The position numbers and the translations under genes are program-made. From Haplodiscus bocki (taxonomy: Eukaryota): 64,000 bases of DNA. Shown one piece after another: positions 35,841 to 49,000 of the stretch; positions within the stretch are counted from its first letter, which is position 1, and each line of letters opens with the position of its first letter. Location: assembly GCA_965655095.1 (NCBI GenBank), contig OZ296654.1:71920001-71984000 (forward strand), given 5' to 3'. Below the pieces are notes generated by a model that made no database searches, was not told the origin of the DNA, and saw only the letters and a program-made list of their open reading frames with translations.

Positions 35841-36681
35841 CAAAATAGGTAAAATTGTATATTTTCCAAAAACCTAACTCGGCCCTCTACACAATCAGGC
35901 TAAGGTAGAATTTGTTTCCCAAGCCAAAGAAACCCGATTTTCAAACCTATTTCCCGTTTACAACCAGAATCACTGAAACAAACCCGTTATGTGCGGAGTG
36001 TAACCTTTTACAGAGAGCATTTGACGCACTGCAACAAAATAGCACGAGAGTGATCCAAAATTTCATCTGGATGATGCAATATTACATTTTGGATGTGCAT
36101 CCCTAGATAATGTTACCCAAAACTAAATGTATGTCTTGCAAGGGAACTTCCCAAATGGCCGAAAATTGGAAGGTTTGTGTACCCGAAAATTTTTAACCCA
36201 TCGCTTACTCAGTGTTGAAAAAATGAATAATTTCTAAAACGGAGAAAACAAAAAATATATATTGCAAAACAAATCGTTCATATGGGTGCCTCAAACACTT
36301 GAAATTCATGAAATTCTTATATTCAAGTTTCGGGTGTCCACGAGCAAAACCAGGCAATTGCACATGTACGTGACAAAACTGATCAACAACGCCCAAGTTC
36401 AAGAGCCGTTAGTTTTTGTTTTCCCACTATTGTAGTAGGACTTTTTTTGAAATTTGGCTATCTCAATAGTCGCCGTCCTGCAAACTTGGAGTTCTTTTCG
36501 TTAAGTTATTTATGAAGAAATTGAAGTTTCTCTTCAGTTTAGCGGGAAAATAGAACAACTTCATTTTACGAACACTTTTCTCTCTAATTGCTTTCACTCT
36601 TTACCGTAACAGCAATTAGCTACAGCCAGGAACGCCAAAAAAAATTTTCTCCAATATTTTCATAAATTTACAATAAATGAT

Positions 36682-37156
36682 TTATTATTTTCCGCCCATA
36701 TTTAAAAATGGAAGGAAAATCATACACACAATGCGTGCGTTTTTTTTGCGTTCACTAGCCGATTCACATTGTCCGACTGTTCTCAATATCCAAATTTTTA
36801 ATCACCAAATTCTAGTAAATTTGCCGCAAATTTCAACTGAAAAATTAAAATTTCTCAAATACGTACGAAATTTGATTCTTTAAAAAATGCGTTTTTTTTG
36901 TAAATAAACTTAATTTTTCGAAGTCGGTAAAGGTGGTATAATTGCAACAGAATGCGAATCAAAAGATATCACTTCTTACAAATGTCTTTTTTCCACTAAA
37001 TTGAGGTTTTGTAAAAATCAGAAAATTTTAAAAATCGAGAAGTTGGAAAAATTGATGAAGAGCTCATTTCCAAACATAGCGCTTTCATCTTACAAAAAAC
37101 ATCTTTAACAAAGTTGGATGGCGGAAAATATCCCGGTGGTAGCCACGTGTCTTGTT
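36682..37156 (+). mobile_element. Non-autonomous Helitron2/Helentron-like repeat (~470 bp)
   Basis: 5' ATTTTCCGCC, a subterminal inverse GGCGGAAAAT, then a GC-rich palindromic segment and a TCTTGTT end. Six related copies occur in the window. Confidence 0.7.
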
Positions 37157-37393
37157 GAACAATTCAATGCAACAAAAATAACTTACTGGATGATTTAAAA
37201 AATGAAAACACTTCATTGATTCCACGAAATAATTCCATGCAGCGTCGAAATTGCTGTTCGTTTCAGGAGAACATTTGGATTACTACAACTGACGAACACC
37301 GACTGAAAACTACTCATTTGGAGAGAAATGAACCTTTTATTGCGGAAAATGTAGCTTTGAATTATCAAGATCATTATTGATCAACAATAAATT

Positions 37394-37908
37394 TTATTAT
37401 TTTCCGCCTATATTTATAATATGGAAGGAAAATCATCCTCTCAAATCGCTGGAATCCAACGGTTTCTTGTACGTTTTTGCCTACTGATAACGTCTGATGT
37501 AAGCGAAAAAGTCCGATGTTTCGCTTGAAATTTTTTCATCACCAAATTGTAGCAAATTTGCCGTACAATGCTACTGAAATAGTAAGATTTCTCAAAACGT
37601 AGAAAATTTGAGTTTTCTTTTCGAGAAAATAGATGGGTTTTTTCTCAAAAAAAACATGACCTTTTTCAAAACCGGTTAAAGTGGCAAATCTGCTGTAGAA
37701 TGCGCATCAGAAGTTATTTTTTCATAAATATGTCTTTTTTCCACCTGAATTGACGGTTTTTTTCCCCGAAATTAGCAAAATTATAATCTAAAAATTATCA
37801 AAAATTCGCAGAAGATAGTATTTTTTCGAGACCGCTTTGATCTTTTTCAGAGGCATCCTTAGCAAATTTACAGAGTAAAAAATATGCCGGTGGTGCCCGG
37901 CCTTATTA
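37394..37908 (+). mobile_element. Helitron2/Helentron-like repeat copy
   Basis: Same 5' end and body, with 3' hairpin GCCGGTGGTGCCCGGC. Confidence 0.7.
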
Positions 37909-38865
37909 TTTTTTATCAGCAAAAAATCTATTCAATATTTTACTGAAAAGCTTCAAAAATAATTCATTGGATGCATGCAAGAAAAATGAAATACCTACTG
38001 CGGCATCCTTGACTACAGCCTCTCCCATCACTTCATAAACCCTGATATATAAACCTCTTTCCTAAATTTCGTCAATCAATTCTGATATACCTTTTCTTTT
38101 GGCATGCTTTTCATTATTTTCGGTCGCAATGCATTCTACGAAAGGATAATTATCAACTCAATATGTTGATTTTTTTTCTCCGATTGTTTGCCAATTCCAC
38201 GCGAACGTGAACATTCCCCAAAAAAACAACCCCAAAATGTTCTTCTGGACACGTAGAATGCAATTTTGACAACACCAGCCGGAAAATTTTCGCTCAAAAT
38301 TGGTAAAACTAAAAAAATTTTTAGATATTTTCAATGAAATCGCACAAAATATTACTCTGAATACGTAATCAGGTTTGAGAATAGTTTTTTTTCTAAAATT
38401 GTTCTTATTGAGGTAAAAACGAGCCTCCTGGTACCTTAGGGTTCATATAATTATCTATAATTATCTTGAGGTTTTTAGCACTTGCATTTTTGAGAGCCAT
38501 ATTCTCAACATCTGTCGGCAGAAAATATCACACCGCTTGTTCGAACTTCTGTACTGACATTCTTTTGCTGTTCAAACTTGTTTATGTGGCTTTTTGTTAA
38601 TCATGAATAATCACACAGCCAATGCAAATTTTTCCAAGTATTTTCAACCTGTAGTTTTAAATCAGAAACGGGTCCCAGCTTTTAGAGGGGCTGTTTTTTT
38701 CACCATATACTTGCCGGTGATTACAGATGGCTCTGCTCACCAAGTGAAGAATGGCCACTTTCTTGTTGACCTTAAATAATGTGTGGAAAGTGTGGCAGTT
38801 GAAAATTCAAGTGATGAATAGCCCTGACACCAAAAAATATTTTGCTTTCACACAGCTGGGAAGCG

Positions 38866-39075
38866 AACTTCGCAACACATTCTGACTTATCATTTGAGAT
38901 CACGGATCCCGAAATAGATTTGAAGCCATGACCGGAGATGTGATTAACAATTTTAGAAATTCTACAACAGCTGTCAATCAAAAGCTTGTTCGAAGAAGTC
39001 AAATTGAGACAAATAACTGTCACAGGGGCTCATATTCTAAAAGTTGATATATCAATCATGTCTTTTCAGGTTAAG
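38866..39075 (+). repeat. Dispersed repeat, paired with 41549-41760
   Basis: GAAGCGAA.CTTC...ACACATTCTGACTT.TCA.TTGA.ATCACGGATCCC.AAA...TGAA.CCATGA...AAATTGAGACAA is shared by both copies. Confidence 0.7.
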
Positions 39076-41548
39076 CCATTTTCCGCTCAATAGTTCACAA
39101 GTAAACGTCAGCGAAAACAAACAAGTACCTTTCAAAAAGAGCCCGTTTTTGACCGTTTGCACTAGATGGTTATAGATTCTATGACAGCGTCACAAAATGC
39201 AAGTTTGGGACAGGATAAAAAAAACCAAGCATAAGCCCGTTACAATACATCTTCCTTTCAGTCAAAATATGTGAAAACAAAGTTCTATCGAAGTGTTTTT
39301 CGACAATGCGAGATGAATTCTTCGGATCAAAATGCGTGATACCCACTTGGACGTACTCGGTTTGCTTCTAAAACTGGAAGCTTTCGGAACACTTGAGACC
39401 TTCACCAATATTTAAAACCTCACTTGCGCCGGTCTCATTTTGGTTCAGATTGTCAGTTTAAGCGTGAACTATCACTTTTCCCACCGCTGCTGCAAATCTG
39501 ACTTATATCACAGAGCAAATGAAAGTTATTATTAGTTCAAAATTGGAAAGCGATTGCCTATATCTTCGTGGATATATAAGGATAAACAGTGCAGATGGAA
39601 TTAGTTCTCTCCAATATTTCTATTTCTCTTCTCAGTATCCACAAAAACTCAGCTCTTTTAATCGTAATCTTCCCATTTTTTTCATCTATCTTTTCCAAGG
39701 GATGCCTGCTTAATACACCCCCAAAGACTACCGGGGAAACATTTATCCTTTTCAGTTCATTTCAAGGAAAAAACTTTTTTTGACATCCCCTTGAATTCAA
39801 GTGGGCTTACGAATATGGGTTGTTCACACGGATACGATGATACGAGAGGTAACATAGACAGTCTAGAACTAGTATTGAAGTTGACAAAAGTTAAAAAAAA
39901 ACAGCAGTGGAATAATACTAGCAAGACTGCAAGAAAGGAAGTGGAAAATTTAATATTAAATATGAATTGCTTTTGACTAAAATTAGTTATTTCACCAACG
40001 TAGCAAAAGTGTAGCAGGCTTGGCTTTGACTCTGATGCGACGCCTCTATCTTGTTATCAAATCGGTCTGGTGGATGATCCGATAAATCACATTATTTCAA
40101 CGTCCAGGTACTGTGTTATGTCTCAGAAGATTCCACAGCCATTTCATTCTCTTTTCAAATTGCACCGAATTTTCATTATTCACTCAGGCTTTAAAGACTG
40201 AATCTACTAACACTGCCTAGGGTTACTCGTGGTCACCACATTTACTTGCTTTATACTTGTTCAAACAATTACAAATTGATGACGCAAAATGTGGGAAAAA
40301 TGAGGTTACAAGCGGTTAAAAAACGGGTTAGTAAATTTTCTAACATAGGGCTAGTTCATTTCTTGCATATTCGACATTTACATACAGTGCTATGAAAGAA
40401 GAAATCGAACATAAGGCTGTGAAAAGGAAATAGAAATTATGTCTTCTTTAAAATTACGGGCTTCTCAGACTACTCTCGATAATTTTATTGATGAAGGTTC
40501 CTCTAATTGTTCGTATTTTCAATTGTGAATAATTCAAAATACTGTCGTGTACTTGAAACACTTGAAATTTGGAGGTTTGTAAAACTCTTGGAATTTGCCA
40601 TTTCTACCATTCTTTGTCTACGAAATTTTGACGGTCGAGAAAAGATCATTTTTGAGATTTTGTTTGTACATGTAATATTGTCTCTAGTGGATCATCAATT
40701 GCATAAAAAATAGGAATTTCCAATACTTTAGGAGAAAATTGACAATTTGCGGTCAATAACTGGTATAGATAACCAAAAAACGTGTGAATCCAGATTTTTT
40801 GGCCTACAAAGTTGATGAACCATCTGAAATTTTCAGAAAAAAGTTTCAGCAAGACAAAGCAACAATTCTGAACTAAAATTGCAATAACAAATTTTTTCCA
40901 AAGATCAAAGTCACAAAAAAACCATAAACAAGCTACGGAGGCTCAAGTCGGCTCTGTCCGTACGGCTCAAACTAAATAAGAGTATCACAAAGTTTTCGCT
41001 GCGAGAGTTTGGAGAAAATGAGATTTTTGCATTATAGGTTTGTAAGTAATATACTAGCTTTCCAGGCTTTGGTTGTCCTTTCGAACACGGTCGGAGACCT
41101 AGGACTCCAGTACTAGATGGTAGAATGTTTGGAGAATTTTGCCAATTTCGATGCTTTTAAAAAACAAATAAGCCAAGAATGGCCAGGGTCGGCTGCGCCC
41201 GTATGGCTCAAAAATGATAGGAACTGATTTTTGAAAAAATGTATTTCGGTTAAATTTTGGTATGAAATGTGAAAAATCATAGCTTATGCTGGCATTCAAA
41301 TCCGCTACCTGTCGATTCGTAAGATAGATAAGGGAGTATCACCAAAAAAAATTTGGATGGATTTTTTTGAAATAGGTATACTTTTGATTTAGTTTCTGGT
41401 ACAAAATGTCGAAAGATAGCGTACACCACGGTTTGAAACTGAAAAATGTGGCTCCGGAGCCCTCCGATGAAACCAACTACCAAAGTTTATGAGAAATATA
41501 GCCAATGATGGGGATCGAAACAAACATCCAAATATTAAAAACACAGGC

Positions 41549-41760
41549 GAAGCGAAACTTCCCAGCACATTCTGACTTGTCAGTTGATATCACGGATCCC
41601 AAAAACATCTGAAACCATGATCCGAGATATCACTGACACTTTTCCAAATAGCACTTCGACTTTCAATCATAATTTAGTTCGAAAAAAAATTGAGACAAGT
41701 ACCTGCTACAGTGTCTCAAACTCGATGAATTGATGTCAATCGTGTCGTTTCAAGTGACGC
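41549..41760 (+). repeat. Dispersed repeat, paired with 38866-39075
   Basis: Direct, diverged copy 2.7 kb downstream of 38866-39075. Confidence 0.7.
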
Positions 41761-42203
41761 TATTTTGTCACCCAAAGATTACGAAGTTTGCACAGTAAGA
41801 AATGAGAAATAAACAAGTTCCTGCTACACAGACAACCCACTGGGCCATGAAGGATGTAAAAAAAAGTCTATCATGAACTTGTTTTGATTCTGAATAATTT
41901 GGAAGCATTGCTTCGAGTCCCAATATCAAGACCGTCAATTTGACCAAATCCGTTAAAATTGGATCAGTTCGATGTGACCTCTATCATCTTAGGAATATAG
42001 GTTCACTACAATAGTCGGCCTCTTTACTAAAGTAAAGGGCCTACTAAAAATAGAATTCGGACTTACCTAGCCTCGAACCAGTTTCTGTAGCTCAAGGTGA
42101 ACAAATATCAGGATGCATTTGATTGTCACAGTTTTTTTGCCTGTTTTCTAGCATCATTCTTTGTTGACTCTGGCTACTTGTAACAAGTGAGGGCTAGATT
42201 AGT

Positions 42204-42658
42204 AATTTTCCGCCCAATATTGCATATATGGAAGGAGCATCATTCGTTCAACATTCAAGTTTTTCTAACATGAAATTTGCAAAATGCACGAAAGTGCGCA
42301 CTTTTTATAAATAGCATGACATCATTGAATAATCGATGCTGATTGCACGAGACAAAGTCGCAGAATACCGGTTACTATAAATAGCATGACGTTACCAAAT
42401 ACTCCATTTTGATTGGAAGGGACAAAAAGCGCTAGAAATTCGTTACTATTAATAGCAGGTATAAGCTCTCGACCAATAGGAATCGATTATTTGATTCTAA
42501 TTTGAGCTCTTGGGGGAAAACCAGGTGGCTTAGCCGTTAATGCATTTGTGATAGTTGCACCCGGTCAAAGCAGAGACGTTAGGAGTTCGCGTCTCGGACC
42601 GAAACCGTCAACTCTACAAAAAGCTGAAAATGTTCGGGTGGTAACCGGGCGTCTTGTT
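42204..42658 (+). mobile_element. Helitron2-like repeat with family termini but a different interior, including a tRNA-like segment
   Basis: 5' ATTTTCCGCCC...ATGGAAGGA and 3' GGTGGTAACCGGGCGTCTTGTT. The interior has TATAAATAGCA repeats and GGTGGCTTAGCCG...GGAGTTCGCGTCTC. Confidence 0.55.
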
Positions 42659-45509
42659 TATAACCATCCTATCTACGAGTACTTTGAGCCTTACGGACTG
42701 CTCTGTCTTGGGCCGTTTTCCTTTGGTTAATATAATTGCACACAACCACAACCTGATTTTTTAAATAAATAGAAACGTTCTAGAGCCTCGTCACCAAGGC
42801 AAGAACAAGTTATCAGAGTGATCCACTGAGCCTGTAGTAGCAATTTCTATCATTTTCTGCCTAAGGTTCTTGGCATTTTGGATCTTTTGTCTAGTACAAG
42901 CTGCAAGATAAATTGAATAAAAGATTTTAAGTCTTGATAAATTAGATAAAAGATTTCAAGTCTTAGAAGCTGCATAGGCAATTTATGCATCAAAAAACAA
43001 TCCAATTGTGACCAACAACAGGAAAAGCGGACGCACATTTTAACCAAAGGTTAATCCAACCACATAGTCGTATCAACGAATTTTGTATTTTTGGGGGTGC
43101 ACTTCAATAAATTAGCCTATACTCCAACTGAACAATTGCACCACCAAAAGGATTTTAATTGCGCGTATTTTGCTTTTCACACGAATCTTAACTGTTGGAT
43201 TATCTTAACTCAGAAGCGACACAAAGCTATTTTTTGCTCGCTGGTTCATACTCTGGAGCCTTTCTAGTTGGCTTCTATAGAATATGAAACGCCGACTATT
43301 ACGGTTAGTTTCTTTTCACTGCATATTCGACTAAAATGATAAATCAAGAGTCGATGCTCTGTGTACTTTTACTAGAAGACTCGTCATAAACCACTATCAC
43401 ACAGTGAAAGAAAACAGAAACTCAGAAAACACTAAAGGGTCCTCTACGCAATTTTTCGGCAATGCGAGACAAAATATTTCCAAATAAAATTTGTGATATG
43501 CCTCTGTGCTATAGCAAAAGTTTTTGGAAACCACAATTCTTCAGAACACCAAAGAGCCCCCTATGAAAATTTTTGGCAGCGCGAGACAACTTTTGAAAGA
43601 AAAATATATTTTTGGTGAATGCCCGTATAGTGAAAACCGTGTAGTGAATACCCATATTTTACGAAGAATTTTTACAAAAAAGACCATTTTTTTCCAAAAT
43701 TTCAAAGGCTTCCCCTCAAAGTAATCTGATGATTCCAGACTTCGGAGCCTCCTCTCTTTGGACTTTCAGTCACAGTCATTTAGCACCAAAGCCCCGCGCC
43801 CTATTAGGATCATCTTTTCAGTCAGCGCTTCTTATAAGGAAGAACGCTCGACTATTACATTCACATTTTTATTTCTTTTTTAGTTTTAACTCATCGAAAT
43901 CGACGAAATTCAAAAACTCGAAATTTTAATGAACAATATGGTCGATAGAGGCGCCGACTTTGAGCTCTGCCTGGCACGTTCATAATTAGACAAAATTTGC
44001 TGATAATTATATAGTACCTCCTCTATCGACTTGATAAAGCATTCGCGCTTCTTAGGTACCCCCCCCCCCCCCAAAGTATCCGGCGACACATATTGGGTAA
44101 TTTAACTAGCACTTCATACAGTTTTTATGCAGTATTATTATTCTTAACGGTGTTTTGTCAAGTCACGCACTATCCATTCCATGTCGAACAATTATCCAAA
44201 ATCTATCAAACTAAGTACATTGTATTTGCATCAAATAGAGATGCATTAGAATCACGAAGACCATCTCACAAAACCACTCAGAAAACTGTTAGTAACTTCA
44301 TTTATTATAACTTCCAAAAAGCGCCCTGAATCGAATATAAAGCTTAACCAACGGAATCCCAAAGTCATAATTTGTATACACATCTGTTTATTTTCATGAT
44401 GCGATTACCCTATCCAAAATCAATCCAATCCAAGTGTTTCCCTCCTCCATTACTAATAGAAACACTAGAAGCAAAAAAAAATGTAGTCCCGATATTCCTG
44501 TTAGTACATAACAAAACAAATAAACTGAGAACAGACGCACTCATGGACATTCGAGAACATGAAGATTTGCCAAAAAATGGATCAAAACTTGGGTGCCGGT
44601 CTCTTATGCGGTCTACGTTTGATTTTCTGTTCTATTATTCGGTCTACATTTTGGAAAAGCATTTCGATTAAAATTGTTTTTGGACGAATGCACGAAACTC
44701 ATCTGACCAAAACGCTTTCGGCCAATAATATTTGAGAAATCAACATTTGGGCGCACTGGAACGAAAGCACCGTTTTGGCTCGTCGATCACAAATGTTCGT
44801 AGAACGCAAACTAGACAGACTCGAACTACACAGACTAGCACGAAAACTTGCATCCAATTCCACTTCGTTAACTGTTTCATCTGACTGCTTACTTTATATG
44901 CACAGTTAAATCAATTTCTATCAACCGTGATTGATTGAACGACAGCTTTTGAGCTCAAACAGTGAAGAGCCAACAAAGCAAGTATGAATAGTACGAGTGA
45001 AGCAGAGTCCGATATATGCAGAAAAGCAAACGCGACACTATAGTCAGTGGAGATGTGTTTTTGGAGCTCAAAAACAACTTTTTATAAAAAGCTCTCAATG
45101 ATAGACGGTGGTCTCTTATTTTTACCGGATCTGGTTGCGATGCCAACCATTTAAAAATTCAACTTCTGACAGATATCTGCATAGGCCATCTGACGCAGCA
45201 AGCATTGAAAATTTTGCACACGTATACTTGCTATGCAGAATAAGAACACTTTCAAAACACGACCACACGAAATGAAGTGAAAATGCGTTTATTAATTATT
45301 TGCTCCGAAAAATTCTAGTAGTCTGAAGAACCAGACGGCCAACATAATTGTAAGCCAAAAAAATCAAGGCTCTAAATATTGAAATAAATTTCAGCCTCAT
45401 TTAAATATTCCAACTGTTGATGTATTGATCTAACTTTAGCCTCGTTTAGCGTCAATTGATAAAATTTCGTTTTGATAGAATTCCAATTGATTTCCAAATG
45501 ATTACAATG

Positions 45510-45671
45510 AATCGATTCAAATCAATAGACAATCGATTTAAGGTAATGGAAAATCGATTCAAATCAATAGACAATCGATTCAAATTAATAGACAATTGAT
45601 TCAAGTCAAAGGACAATCCATTCTAATCATAACACAATCGATTTAAGTCAATGGACAATCGATTCAAATGA
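45510..45671 (+). repeat. 21-bp minisatellite (~8 units, consensus AATCGATTCAAATCAATAGAC)
   Basis: Directly visible tandem units that translate as NRFKSID heptads. Confidence 0.9.
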
Positions 45672-45948
45672 ATCATAATTGGTCAAAATATCGAAGCCAT
45701 GACTGATCAAGAAAAATCACAGTAACTATTAAAAATTTTCACCACATATTTTTAAATTTGTAACAAAATTTATTCAATCAGTAGGGTCCTTTTTCATTTT
45801 TTTCAGTCTCTTTTTGCCAATTTTTATTCAAAAATGAAACTCAGCAGTGGGGTTCGGACAAAGATTTCTCAAGCAGTAGGTCCAGGTTCGAATATATGTC
45901 GTTCCATGTAACTTTATGATTTCACTGCCCTTCGTCAGAACTTGTAAC

Positions 45949-46018
45949 GGTTCGTATGGCAGAGTGGGAAGGACAACAGGGTTCTGAAGCGCTAGATACA
46001 GGTTCGAATACCAGCATT
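45949..46018 (+). mobile_element. tRNA-derived SINE head or tRNA pseudogene (Gln-CTG-like)
   Basis: Box A TGGCAGAGTGG, GGGTTCTGAAGCGCTAG and box B GGTTCGAATAC, but no intact acceptor stem. Confidence 0.6.
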
Positions 46019-49000
46019 TTCCTTTATTTATTTTACTTCATTGATACGATTTCTAACAACGAGGATTGTTGTTTTCTACTCCCATCAAATTCATCATTTT
46101 CCGCCGGCTTTTCGCTACTGTGAGAAAGAATTTTCGGCAGAAAATCCTGATACCCCCTCTGATGAATAAGTTTTCTCCACAGCAGAAAATTTCGAAAATA
46201 TAGAAGGGTTCCAGTACGAACAACGTGAGACAAAAAACTTTGACGAAAAATCGTGCTCCTCCGTTACGCGTACTTCTTCGATACCAGCTTTCGAACACAC
46301 GAACAGGGAGGTCGTCCTAACGAAACTTTTCTTGGGGACAAAAAGTTTGACATCTGTCTCTGAACCCCCCCCCCCCCCAATCTATGGTTACCAAAAGTTT
46401 CGCACCCAACAAACGGGCTTTCAGAAACACCAGAAAAATCAAGAAACTCGAAAAGTGCCCCCTTACTAATTTTTCAGAACGGTGATACTGTGAAACAGAG
46501 AGTTTTTGACATCTTTTGGTGATACCTTCCTATGGTTTCCCTAAACTTTCGCTCCACACAATCGAGAAGCTTCAAATTTGACCTGTTTTCAGCTCGTTTC
46601 AGTTTCCGTCCATAAATTTTCCAAAAAGGAAGTAGTCAATTCAGTAGTGCAGTTTTTCGTTTTCCAGAATTTGTGAAAGTCACGCGGGCTTCGTGTTACA
46701 GATTTATTAGCCTCTTCTATATCACAAATATACCATGCGGTGTCCTAGCAAATAAGTAGCCCCAACATAGAACGCAACCAATCTTTTACAAGCTGGTTTT
46801 ACGTTTCCTGAAACATTCAAAAATTTCAGATTTTTTCTGTTCCACACTACAGTCTTTCTGGAACTGATTTCAGAGTTTTTCGAAAAAACTACCTTTTTCA
46901 AAATAGATTAAGCAACAAAAACTTGTTCCAGATTGAAAAAGTGACAAAAAATGGACCTTTCAATATTTTCAACCATCTGAAATGTAAATTATCACTTTAT
47001 AACATGAATTCTGTTTTTAAAAAATGAAGTATTTCCCTTCAAAAGCTTCCTGGAGTACCTGTATACTGTTTTCGTAACTGAGCTTTCAACAAATGAAGCA
47101 CTTCAAGAAAATTTTTCATAGAACACGTTATGTACGTTGTAAAATCCTTAGTGCCAGACCAAGTTTGAAAAACATGGTAACTAATATTCTCGATCCTAAA
47201 GTTCACTTTCCTCCGAAACGACTGAGGGGACTACTTCCAAAAACGCATCAAGCGACAGTTTTCCACCAGTAGAAAGTCCATTGTCGTCGAAGTATTTCCG
47301 TTTGAAAAGCTGGCAATTGAGACAAGGATCAATTGTGCCAACAACTTTTGGACAGGTAACTTTCTACATCGAAATTAAAACCAAAATTTCTTCAAAACTA
47401 CCTGCTGATGTTCATCCATCAACGTCTTGCTCGGCAATTGTCAACTTGTGGAACGGTGTTCAGTAGTTATTTTTCTATTTGACCTTTCCAATAAAAAGCA
47501 CTTTGACCAAAGTTAGCAAAAGCTGCGTTTACGTAAGATCAACCATGATAAACAAAATATTCTTTCTTCAAAACTACCGAGTATGACAAATCCATCAAAA
47601 ATTCAGTCGAAAATTCCCAATTTGAAAAAGATTTTTCAGCGACAAAGCTTGCAAAGCATTTCTTGCACCGGATGGAATTAGCCGAAAACGGGCACAGGAT
47701 TGATTTTTCCAGCAACTCAAACCTAAAATCCGCCGAAACTACCAGCTACGTCTCTTCAATTTTTGCGTCCACCACAGTTTTTCTACTCGTAAGAAAGTGA
47801 TTGACAGTCCAACGTTGTGTTTGGATCCTTGGAACGGAAACTTGATACGGGGAAAATGTCAAGAAGTGCAATTTTATATGATCCCTTTCGATAAACAGAC
47901 TCAATTCATTTCAAAACAACCTTCTCGATTCCTGCGACCATGGTCTCAATCAACAACTTTCCGTCTGCAGAACATCGTTCAAGGATAAGGTTAATGGAAA
48001 ATGTCAATGCATCGCAAACTTTTTGGACATAGCCAAAAGTTGGAGGTGTTCTAAATTTTCCTGCAAAACACATGCCTTTCTCAAAAACCAGTCGGTGCAT
48101 TTCATTCATCAAGGTATCAGTTGACCATTTTATTACTTGTTAAAACGTTCTGGAATGTCATTCCTTGCCCTTGGTTTCTGGCACCACAAATTTGAAAGGA
48201 GGAAAATGCGAATATTTCCATATCCGTATGAAGTGTCTCGATAATCCAAATCGATTTTTCAACACAAACCACATCGAGGTCATTTTCAACAACTTTGCGA
48301 TTGTAGACCTTCATTCAAAAAGAAAAATGTGCGAAACGTTTCTTACATTGGAAACTTGAGGAACCGAAAAAGTGAGAAAGTGCAGAAGTTTTCGATTTTT
48401 CCGGAGAATCAAAACTTTTCTTCTTTAAAACTACTGGCTGCATTTCGCCCATTAGGGTAACAATCGACTTCTTTGAACTCGTAAACAGTTATGTGACTGC
48501 TAAACAATGCATTTATTTCCTTGCAGCGGAAACCCGATGGGCGAAGCTAGCCAAAAAATGAGTATTCGTCTGCTTCGTCTTTATAAACATAAACAGTCTC
48601 CCTCAAAGCAACTCAGGATTTATTCTGTCAAGGTTTCAATCAACAAGTGTGTTTCTGTACAAGATGATTCAGCTTCCATAGCTTTTTTTCATCCTTTCCT
48701 GGAAAATTTGATAACCCCAAATTGCCAAAAGTTATGTATCTAGATGATGCTTCTTTGTATTGGAACCAATTTTTCCCAGGGCTACAAGCTGCATTTCTTG
48801 CTCGAGCAAGTTTTAAATTTCGAAGATTTTTGAAACGTGAAACCTTAACTTTTATTGCTCTCAGCGGAACTCGGTTGACTGAGAATTCCAAAACTTGAAT
48901 ATGCATGTGGTTTTACTTGAGATTCCAACTCATCTCTCCAAAACTACCGAGAGATTTCAAGAATTCGTACCATCCACGAAGTTTTTCGGGACTGTGAGCT

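Noticed and set aside
34560-40090. GC-richer patches at ~34570-34640, ~35395-35462 and ~40018-40087 as exons
   Set aside because: They have plausible splice-like ends but no similarity to the expected upstream WDR19 exon or to any protein I recognise.
45949-46018. Functional tRNA-Gln gene
   Set aside because: The acceptor and anticodon stems do not pair properly and a diverged relative occurs at 60978, so a SINE or pseudogene is more likely.
47200-48500. Possible second, very degraded Polinton accessory-gene fragment
   Set aside because: The resemblance is only impressionistic, with no diagnostic motif to support it.
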